64,000 nt of DNA. It comes from Octopus bimaculoides. Its lineage: Eukaryota. This document shows, piece by piece, positions 24,986 to 36,900 of this stretch. Positions within the stretch are counted from its first letter, which is position 1. Each line of letters opens with the position of its first letter. Below the pieces are notes generated by a model that did no database searches, was not told the DNA's origin, and worked only from the letters and a program-made list of their open reading frames with translations. Both the position numbers and the translations under genes were made by a program. The stretch is taken from NCBI RefSeq assembly GCF_001194135.2, contig NC_068987.1, forward strand, positions 89,216,640 through 89,280,639, written 5' to 3'.

Positions 24986-27900
24986 NNNNNNNNNNCCCCA
25001 CCAACATCGCTTGACAACCGATGCTGGTGTGTTTACGTCCCCATAACTTAGTGGTTCGGCAAAAGAGACCGATAGAATAAGTACTAGGCTTCCAAAGAAT
25101 AAGTCTTGGGGTCGATGTGCTCGACTAAAGGCAGTGCTCCAGCATGGCCACAGTCAAAATGACTGAAACAAGTAAAAGAATGAAAGAATACTGTGAAGAA
25201 AAGATAATAGTATCTCACTCCATTCATGTTGACAAGGAAGGGAGATAACTTTGGAATTATTTCAGTCTTATTAGGCCTCCTTAGTCGCATGCAGACTTCA
25301 CTGTACTTTCTGAAGAAATAATAGAATATAGATGTACAATATATTGTCCATGAGAATCTTGCATTAAAATCTCCTTCATGGACATTTTTCACTATAAAAA
25401 CTATGATTAGCCAAAAGAAACTGCCTTATTTCTATTGCTAGCAATTTGAACTAACTTACAAAATTAAGAATAATTAAAATAGTAACTTAAAACTTTTGTT
25501 TAAAGTAATTACAAATTTGATTAGTTTTTATGATAGTGAAATATAAACTTTATTAGAATACATTTGGATGTGTGAAAATGTCCTTGAATCATTTCACTTG
25601 ATACCTTCTAAAGTTGTATTCAGTTGTCCTTGATATTTATAGCAGAAGATGATATATAATATGGTGATATGATATAACATCATATTGTATGTTATTTTGT
25701 AGTATAATATGATGCTGAATTTTATTTGTCTTTCTGTAATTATTTCACATCTGGATGTCATCTTAACATGAAATACATTATCTCTACTACCTTGATGTTT
25801 CTGAGGGGAAAATTTAACATTTAATTAATTTTCATTTTAATTGCTTGATTTGATCTTTTCTTTTATACTCTTCAGTATAAACCCATGCCTTTTAACAAAT
25901 GCGTGCATTTAATCATTTTGGGAAAACTAACACTATTATTATTAAGTAATGTTCGTAGCCACTTCAACATGGCCGTTCCATTCAAATGGACTTTATTACG
26001 ATTATTTAACCCCAAGAGGACATCTCCTCTAGCTGGTTAACAATGCACAGCTGCATCCGATACATTGCAAGCAATACATCAGATGCAGCTGTGCATCATT
26101 AGCCAGCCAGAGATGTTCTCTTGGGGTTAAACAATCACAGTTAAGTCCTTTCGGATGGAACAGCCATGTTGAAGTGACTACAAATACTTGCTGCTACAAC
26201 TACTGCAATCATTGCTTAGAGAGATTTTAGAACTAGCTTTTCAGCTTGTAATACTATTACTAATAGCAATCTGTGTATCATACCTAATGCAGATATGTCA
26301 TATAAAGCCTAATTAACTGCAACCTATGCTGGTGCCACATAAAAAGCACCTGTGCTGGTGTTACAAAAAAAAATGTATATATAAATTATTGTTATTATTA
26401 CATAATCCATGCTGGCACCATATAAAATGCACCCAGTGCACTCTGTAAAGTGGTTGGCATTAGGAAGGGCTTCCAACCATAGAAATCATACCAAAACAGA
26501 CAATTGGGGTCTGGTGCAGCTCTCCAGCTTGTCAGTTCCTGTCAAACCATCCAACCCATACCAGCATGGAAAATGGACATTAAATGATGATGACAACATG
26601 TGTATCAATAGAGGACCAAAATTGTCCAGCAGCTGCAGTGAGAATATTAGATGTGCACATCTCTTCCTTCTTTGGTTTTGCCATTTGCAAGTAGCCAGTG
26701 GCAACAAGACAAAATCTGTCATGACTGATATAGGAAAACAAACTGTGTTTAATGTTGTTTGCTCTGATGGAGTAAATCTAAAATTGAAGACATCTTAACC
26801 ATCACCATCTTTTTATTTATTTATTTTCTTTGTTTTAACGAAGATTGTTAAATGGATTTTATAAGAAATTTTACTGCTTTTGCTAACAAGTCAAGCAACT
26901 TCATAGATCATTGATGGCAAATCTTTGACATATGCCAGCCATGACCTACAAGATTTTAGGTCAAGCTTGCAATATCGTATGGTAAAACCTTTTCAATTTG
27001 CAGAGATCTAAAACTGTAATTCATTTATCAAGATGGCTTGGCAATTTAATTTATAGATTATAAAAATGAAATTCATTTTAACTGGTTTAGTAGCTCTTTA
27101 TGTAGTCTCTGTAGTTTGTTTTCTTTCTGAAACATTCACAGCATGCTTATTGTTCCACCATTTGCAAACATTTATTGTTATTATTACATAAATTCCTTTA
27201 TTTTTATTATCATTTTCTATAATAATGATATGCATATCATTATATTGTATACATAAATGTAGAACGGTGCTGGTTTTAGGATTTTGTTCTCAGAGGAACT
27301 TCTCTTTTGAAACTTTAGATGTTAAAAACACAGCATACTCTAAATAATGTTAGAGAACCATCAGACACTGGTGTTTCAGCTTCATTTTGATAGGCACTCC
27401 TGAGGAACCGAAGTCCTTAGCCAGATCCAAATGACTGAGAATGTCTGTCACTGAAGGGGTGAAATCAAGCTGAAGCACCAGTGTCTGGTGGTCTTCTAAC
27501 ATTATTCAGAGTATGCTAGGTTTTTTAATACATGAAGTCTCTATAGAGAAGTTTCTCTGAGACAGAATCCTACAGCTAAAGCCATTCTACATTTATGTAT
27601 ACATTATATATGATATACACACATTGTTAGTTTAAACCAATGCTGTAACTAGTGTGTATATCGATTTCCTTTATTTTTATCATACATAAATTATATATGT
27701 TTATCCTAAGTTAATTTTGCTTTATTTTTTCCTAAATAGTTATTTACTGATTGATTGGAGAAATTTATTTTATTTAAATGTCAAAATCAGATTTGTTTGT
27801 CAATGATATCCAACAATTCCAATTATTTTGCCAGATATTTCTTTCAGTTAGATATCAAGTTTGCATTGTTGTAATTATAACTTTGTAAATGTCAGTTGTG

Positions 27901-30900
27901 TATTTGGATTTGAGATATTGACTGATAAAGTTGTAAAATATTCTACAAAGCTAATAATTCACTCCATTCTTAGTATACGTTATCCTTCAGGTAAGTTTTG
28001 GTCAATCACATGAAGAACCATACAGAGTAAGAAATTCTGAAGTTTATTACTTATTCCATCACTACTCAAAGAAATGAACCAGTTTTGTACATCTTTGAGT
28101 TATAAATGGTAGAAGAAAAAAAACAAATGAGAAACTTGGAATTGCAACAGAGGAAAACTTTGCTTTTCATTACATTCGTACCAGGGTTATACCTGGAATT
28201 ATTGGGCCAGTTGGATATGTAACCAACTGCCTCAGTACCAGAATTGAGAAATTAGGGTTCTCAAAACCAGGCAGAAGAATGCTAATTAGATTACAGACAC
28301 AAGTCATCACTGGAACTATCAAAATATATAAGACTTTCCAAAAGTTTAGGATATAAATACATATACATACCTTGACATGCAACTATACATAAGAGTATAC
28401 ATATGTCGTTGCCAATGCCACTGGACTGGCTCCTGTGCAGGTGGCATGTAATAAAAAACACCTTTTTGAGCGTGGCCGTTGCCAGTACCGTGTGACTGGC
28501 GCTCGTGCTGGTGGCATGTAAAAGCACCCACTACACTCTCAGAGTGGTTGGTGTTAGGAATGGCATCCAGCTGTAGAAACTTTGCCAGATCAGATTGGAG
28601 CCTGGTGCAGCCTCTTGGCTTGCTAGTCCTCAATGAAATCGTCCAACCCATGCCAGCATGGAAAATGGACGTTAAACGATGATGAAAATGAAACCTACAG
28701 ACCTGAACGTGCACTGGCCCCAAACACTTATACATATACACACACACACATATGCAAGTACTCTGTTGTGGAAATTCCAATGACGAAGCCTTGAATCTAG
28801 GTTAGAAACCAGCTTTTTCTTTTATTTTTTTCTTGCAGTTGGTAAGAAATGGAAATAAAACTAAAGACCACACAACACGTACACACGTGTGTTGTGATTT
28901 AAGTGTATCTTGTCGATCTGATACATTTGCAGCATCACAGCTGCTTTAAATTAGTCATGTGCTCTGTTGTATGTTTTGTCTGTGTTCTCTTACAACAATT
29001 TGAAAAATATAAACAAACATAGAAGGGATGTGTAGTGTTTGATGTATAGAGCTTATGTAATAATAATAATAATGATATATTGTAAAATCCGTTTTGTTTG
29101 TTTCTTTGTACAGGCAGAACAATCTCCACCACCAACTCTCCCCAAATATGGCATGGATGACAGTGTAATCATACCTAATTTAGATGGTGTTGTCCGACGT
29201 CGAAATATTCGCAAATCCAACACAGTTGCTTACAGAGCTGACCGACCAAGCAAGTGGAAACGAGCTTCTATAAACGGACATATTTACAATTATGATGTGA
29301 GATTCAGTTTTCCTTTCCTAGAAATTTCATTTTATGCACTCAGTAAAGAAATCAAAATATCAACACTTAGTCAACAAAGCCCTTATCAAGGGCTGGCATG
29401 TGGGCCCCATTCCTCATTGAAGTTGGCTGTTGTGGCCCTCCATCTTTGTCAGTACCCTATTTCCTGCAGAAGATAGTTCTGCAACTCAGACAACTGAAGA
29501 AAATCCTCAAGGAAATGGGTGCAGCAGATGGAACTAGCTCAAGACAGCTAGGGTTGATAAGGGACTACAAGTAGAACCCATCCGTGGGTAAAGACTAGCT
29601 CAGTCCCTGTTGCCCTACTCAGGTAGCGCATACAGGCCAAGGGGCAAAACACTTGTGACTCTGAGGTACCTACTGATGATATGGAAGGGCTTCCAGCTTT
29701 GCAATGGATTTAGAAGAGCTTGCAAAACCTCTGAGCAACTCCTGCAGTTTCTGTGTTGGGCAAAGCATCACCTAAATTCCTTTCGGTACCAACCTGCCTG
29801 AGACTGCCCTTTTGATGCAAACTTCATAGTTTAAAATGCATCAACTTAAAATATTCATCAAAATTCCATGTTCATTTATGTTCCAAACACCAGCTTAATA
29901 ATGACATAAATGACTAGATTATTTTATTAAACTCTTCCTTATTTTCAAAACTAATTGAAATCAAGCTGATGGTAACAAAAGGGTTAAATTCCTTTCTTGT
30001 GTATATTTTCTTTCTTCACTATTTTTTCACCTTCTTCTGAAAATTCAAAAGAAATATTGTTGACAACATCATTATGCTTTTATTTTTTTCTTTATTTTAT
30101 TCAGTCATTGGACTGCAGCCATGCTGGAGCATCAGCTTTTAAGGGAATAAATTGACCCCAGTACTTACTTTTTAAGCCTGGTGCTTATTCTATTGGTCTT
30201 TTTTTTGCCAAACTACTAATTTATGGGGACATAAACAATAAAAAAGAAACCTGAGTTGGCAAATGGTGTCGGTTGACAGACACACAGATGGTCTTCCATA
30301 CAGTTTCCCTCTGTCACTCACAAGGCATTGGTCAATCTTTGGCTATAATAGAAGACACTTGCCCTCAGTGCTGTACAGCGGGACTGAACCTGAAACCACA
30401 TGGTAACAAAGCAAGCTTCTTAACCATGAAGCCATATCCGCACTTCATTATTTCTTCACTTGTTTACTTTTGTGCCAGCGTTGTAGAATGGTAGAAGGTG
30501 GCAAATCAATTCTGCAATGCAGGTTTAATTCCTGGTTTGAGGAATCCTGTGTATCATTGATTTCTGTTGAAAGTCAATAACTTGGAGAGTGTTGTGTGGA
30601 CTTAGAGAGCAATCTAACTTACAGCACTACGCATGGAGGTAAAGTCTTTTAGTCTTGATGTAATGACCCATTAAGAGACGTGTGGTGTTCACAGTGGAGC
30701 AAATAAGCCGCATTGCACTGTTTACTTGCATTCCTTTACATTCTGAGTTCAAATCCCTGCCAAGTTAACAGTCCTTTACATTCCTCAGGAGTCGATAAAA
30801 TAAAATCCAAACAACTACTGGGGTTGATGTCATCAACTATACCATTACTTCAAAATATGTGACTCTTTTGCCTTATATTGGAAATCATGCAGTGCTCCAG

Positions 30901-33900
30901 CATGGCCACAGCTTCTGGCTGAAACCAATAATAGTATTTGTACCCCAGCGTCACTTTGATTACATGTGCTGCTCTTCTCACTCAATAATAATAAAGACTA
31001 ATGTGTATGTATATTTGATTAATAAATATAAACAGTAAATATACCCCCACCCACCCCTCACCCCATCACCAAAGAAACCCCACAGTACTAGCTGTTNNNN
31101 NNNNNNNNNNNNNNNNNNNNNNNNNNNNNNNNNNNNNNNNNNNNNNNNNNNNNNNNNNNNNNNNNNNNNNNNNNNNNNNNNNNNNNNNNNNNNNNNNNNN
31201 NNNNNNNNNNNNNNNNNNNNNNNNNNNNNNNNNNNNNNNNNNNNNNNNNNNNNNNNNNNNNNNNNNNNNNNNNNNNNNNNNNNNNNNNNNNNNNNNNNNN
31301 NNNNNNNNNNNNNNNNNNNNNNNNNNNNNNNNNNNNNNNNNNNNNNNNNNNNNNNNNNNNNNNNNNNNNNNNNNNNNNNNNNNNNNNNNNNNNNNNNNNN
31401 NNNNNNNNNNNNNNNNNNNNNNNNNNNNNNNNNNNNNNNNNNNNNNNNNNNNNNNNNNNNNNNNNNNNNNNNNNNNNNNTTTTTTTTTTTTTTCTCTCTT
31501 TCTCTTTCTACTAGACTCGTGTTTTCACTCCAGTGATTGGCAGCTGTACTAGTGTTACAGTAAACAGCACAATGACTGTACCACTGGTTATAAAAACATT
31601 GCTTGAGAAATTCAAGGTTAGTATCACCCCCCCCCCTCTCTTTCTCTCTCTTGCTCTCTCTTTATCTCTCTCACTCTCTCTCTCTTACTAACTTGGACAA
31701 CTGATTAAATCAAACCAATTTTCAAACTACTAGAAATAATAGCCAAATCTTTCCCAAATCAAAATCTACTCATTTAAAGAAGGACATTTAGTGCAATATT
31801 AAGGTTGTTAAATAGTTATTGATGAATAGCAGCATTTGGTGTACTGTGTATTATGTTCATAATGACCAAACTCATATTGGTATTAGTTCTCATACATTTT
31901 TATTAACCTCGAACATTTGCCTTTATATATATATATATGTATACAGCAGAAGAAGAAGACCCATCAAACCAAGCAAAATCGCAGTCATGGCAGGTACCGG
32001 TGTCATGTAAAATGGCACCTGTGCTGGTGGCACGTAAGAGCACCCATTACACTCTGTAAAGTGGTTGGTGTCAGGAAGGGCATCCAGCCATAGAAAACCA
32101 TACCAAATCAGACTGGAATCTGGTGCGACCTACCAGCTTGCCAGAACAGTCAAACTGTCCAATCCACGCCAGCATGGACAATGGACATTAAATGATGATG
32201 ATGATGATAGCAGTTGATGAAATAGAACAGTATTCAAGAGATATCAGATGGAATAAGTACAAGTTTTCACAACATGTTAAATAGTAATATGAAGACAATT
32301 CATTTGTTATTGGAACAACATATGTAGAAGGAATGAGGATGCCTTGTCAACATGCTGACTGGCATAGCTTCAAGCAGCATCTCAGTTTGTTGAAAGATGA
32401 CATAGAAAAGGATGAGTGACCATCCCACAGAGTTGAGCAGCAAAGTTCCATTTTGACTTCTGGAGGGTTCTACTTAGGGTGGAAATTACTAGCTTTTTAT
32501 AACTTTAAGTCAATCTTCTGGAACCCTCAACAGAATTATTTGGTAGGAAAATTCACACACTTTTTTTGAACTTCATGTAAGCATTTATGCTTTATTTAAA
32601 AAGATATTTAATTTCAGGTTCTAAACTAGAATTCTTAGTGAGATTTTTTTCAAATTTTGGTAGAACCCATCCTACAGACTCATTGGCCAGTGTGGTTCTA
32701 TATACCACTGTCTGGAAAAGGAGGCAGGATTATCAAAGGCTTGTTTAATCAGGGATGCTTGAGGTGGGGGTGAAACAACAACAGCAATTTGGTTTAAAAG
32801 GGTTTGTTATAAGTAGAAAAATTTCACTTAAGCAAAAAAAAAAAAATGTATCCCTTCACAAGTGAATTTGTAGCCCATCTTTTGGATCAATTGCTACTAG
32901 TTCTGATATTTATTCCTCATTTGTAGGTTAACTGAAGTATGCCAAATAAAGGGTCCTACTCAGACACAGATTCAACAAAATATCTTCAGTGAATTTACAT
33001 TCTGAAAGCACTGGGTAAACCAATGCTTGACCAACAACCACCATTTTCCCCTCCACATCTTCAATAAATTGGGTTTCTATTCAGAGAATAAACTGGGTCT
33101 GATCTGTAATTCATGAAGGCTCCCTATTTTGTTTTCAAATGAAACCTGTCAAACTAAACCTGTTTAGATACCTGAACATCTTAAGCAGATGAGGTGAATG
33201 GTGGAAAGAGAGAGAGGGTGGGAGGGCAGGTGAGTGAGAAAGACAAGACAAGCTAGACTAATTACTTTTAGAAACAAGCTAACACTGGTTCTGATTCTTT
33301 TTTTTGTTTTTAACCATGAATAACTAGATTGGCAAGCACAATATTAATTTATTAATATAGTGTTTGCCAATCTAGTCATTTGCTAGTTAGTCAACACAAA
33401 CCTGAATCTTCTAACAGACTCCATCACTTTTTTTTTTTTTTTAATTTCATTCCTGTTTTCCAATGTTTGTATTTACATTCAGTAGACACAGGCAGCCATT
33501 GGTTGATGGTTGTCTTTTAGCTGTCTCTTGCTGAACATTCATTTGTCAAAGTGATGAGAGACCACCACCACGAGTAGAAGTGTATATATATAAATATACA
33601 GTTGACATTGGTCAATATTGACTGTTCCCCCTCCTTTCTCTCACATTTCTCTGTTTCTTTATCTAACATCTTTACCAAACTCCTTACTTCACCTTTGTTT
33701 TACCAATTATCACATTTCAAGTAAGGGTTTATACAAAAATTAGAATTAAGGTTTTTATANNNNNNNNNNNNNNNNNNNNNNNNNNNNNNNNNNNNNNNNN
33801 NNNNNNNNNNNNNNNNNNNNNNNNNNNNNNNNNNNNNNNNNNNNNNNNNTATATAATTGCTCTACCTTAAAAATTTATCCAGCTGTAGAAACTCTGCCAG

Positions 33901-36900
33901 ATCAGATTGGAGCCTGGTGCAGCCATCCGGTTCACCAGTCCTCAGTCAAATCATCCAACCCATGCTAGCATGGGAAGCGGACGTTAAACAATGATGATGA
34001 TGATAATGGCATGTAAAGAGCACCATCTGAATGTGGTCGATGCCCCCCGCCCCAACTGGCTCCTATGCCGGTGGCACGTATAAAGCACCATCTGAATGTG
34101 GCCGATGCCAGTGCCGCCTGACGAGCTCCCATGTAAAAAGTACCATGTAAAAAGCACCCACTACAGTCTCGGAGTGATTGGCGTTAGGAAGGGCATCCGG
34201 CTGTAGAAACATTGCCAGATCAGATTGGAGCCTGGTGCCACCTCTTGGCTTGCCAGTCCCCAGTCAAACCGTCCAACCCATGCCAGCATGGAATATGGAC
34301 TTTAAACGATGATGATGATATATAAAGTTAATAGTGTGTATTTTGAGACAGACTTGTTTGCAATTTCTAGCTAGCCAAGAAACTACATAGAAGCTTCCTC
34401 ATTGGTTTATATAATGATGTTGGGTAATCTAGAGAGTTATTAACTCACTCAACTGACTTCATTTATAATGGTTATTAGAGTAGCTAATAGTTATCTTTAG
34501 ATACTTAGAAGTAAGGAGAACTGTAGTACTAGCTATTCTAATAGCGACCTAATAGCTTCTGTTTTCTATTATTACGTTATTGTCTTTTATAGGTGGAGAA
34601 TGATGCTGATGAATTTTCTCTATATGTAGTCACGGAAGCTGAAGGTGAGTGCAGCTGGTTGATATCAAACCATCTTGTTTAAATTAATGTTTATACAATG
34701 AAACTTGTTAATATAATGACTGTTATTTCCAGTTCAATGTTAATTTAAAGAACAATTTAATTACCTTTACTCTCCAAAACTAAAACGTGTAATTTTGTGC
34801 TAATAGACTGTTTCTTGTAATTTTATCCTTTTTATTTTTTATGAAATAAAATCCCTTTTTTTCTTTCCATAGGGGAAAGGGAAATCGGAATTGATGAGAT
34901 CCCTCTGGAAGTACGTCTGAGACTGGGTGCTGATGAAACAAATGCCAAAATCTTTATACGGGAGAAAGATTATGTGAGCTCAGTTGTCGTTCCTGAAGAA
35001 GTGGAACCAATCGAAGAGAAGACCTGTTATTTACCAACTGAAGTAAGTGTTCAATGTCTTTGTGTGTGCATAATCCATAAGTGATTGATTTCACATCCTT
35101 CACTGCTACTATAGCGAGTGGTGCAGCATTCTTACATGGCACCCATTTCTTCTTACATAGATTCTGAGTTAAGCAGCAGCTTCTCCTTTTCTCGTTGGTC
35201 TCCATTCAATCTGGCTATGTTCAAACATGTCTGCCATCACTGTGCAGCATCTTGGGCTAGGGTCTTCTGCTCTAGCCTCAGGCTGACCAATACTCTGTGA
35301 GTTTGGTTGGCAGAAACTGAAAAGCCTGAGGTCTGTCTGTTTCTGTCTCCTTGTCATGACAGCAAACAAACATCACCATCACACGAGTTGCTTATTATAA
35401 CCTCCTGTGAAGACTGTAGAAAAACTGATTCACCGAATCCTATCTAATTCATGCAATTATCTAAAGGTAGACAGTAAAGCAATGATGATGGCAGTGATTG
35501 TGGTAAAGATGGCTGCAGTGTTGTTAGAAAATACTTGAGCATGGAATGCTTATAAAGACTTCCTATCTAGGAGAGAGTAGTAATAACACTGGAAGAAGCT
35601 GTAACTGGGGAGAAAGATGTCTTTAGTTCAATTACAGATTATATCTCTTCTGTTGCTGATATGATAATAATTTAGACATCTTGTAATTGTGCTTCAAATT
35701 TGAATGGCTTAGCAATATGAAGGACATCCAGATCTCAGAGCAGTTGAGCCAATAAACCTCGCTCCATGCAAGCATGAAAAGAAATAGAGGCAAACCACAA
35801 GACTTGGAGTTGTGGTATCCCTGTAAATTTTACACCTTTTAAATCATCATCATCATCATCATCATCATTTAACATCCATTTTCCCTGCTGGCATGGGTTG
35901 GACAGGAGCTGCACCCAATTCCATAGTTTGTTTTGGCATAGTTTCTACAGCTGGATACCTTTCCTAAACCTTTTTTAAATTCTATTCAGACAACTATCAA
36001 TTTATTTAGTTTTTAAAAAGTTACAATATTTGGGAAATTCTCTTGTATTTATTTTATTATTTTTTTTTTCCCCGCTTCCCATTCAGAGATTGTGTAGAAA
36101 CACTGTGTTAGAGATTTCTCCATTCTGAAAAGCTGTGCTGCATAAATACTGTCANNNNNNNNNNNNNNNNNNNNNNNNNNNNNNNNNNNNNNNNNNNNNN
36201 NNNNNNNNNNNNNNNNNNNNNNNNNNNNNNNNNNNNNNNNNNNNNNNNNNNNNNNNNNNNNNNNNNNNNNNNNNNNNNNNNNNNNNNNNNNAAACTGAGC
36301 AATTTTATTCTGCAATGCTCTAATCTTGGTTTCGGTTACTTATAGCCTTAGAATATCTTTCTGCACCAAGGCATAGCTATCAAAGTTTTGTTTCCATTAG
36401 AGTGGTTTATAACATATTATCCTAACAATATTCAGTTCTTTTTCTAACTTGCTAATATCTTTTCCTCCTTCACAATTTCTGGTTCTTTAAACCACTCTAA
36501 GGTAAACAGCTGCTTGGTGCTGTCTTGTTATTTTTTTTTTTTTACCTGTTCTAGCTTAGAAATAAAGCAAATCAGAAGAAAAAAAAAAAAAGAAAAGCTT
36601 TTTTAATTTCCTCTGGTCTGAAGCTATCAAAACAAGAATGTCTTTCTGATCACTTCATATATTTCTGTTCCCTTTTCATTGAAATAGATATTTTGCTATT
36701 GTTACAAGTTTACTATTTTCCCTCCTAATCTGACACAGTTAATGCCTTTACATTCCCCATCTATTAGAAATAGTCAATGACATTCTTGTTTTGATTTCAT
36801 ATTCTCAATAATAGCTTCTCATAAATTGCTTTCCTAATAACTACCTATTCCTATGTTTTCTGTAAGATAGTTATCTGAAACTAATCTTAATCTCCTTCAA

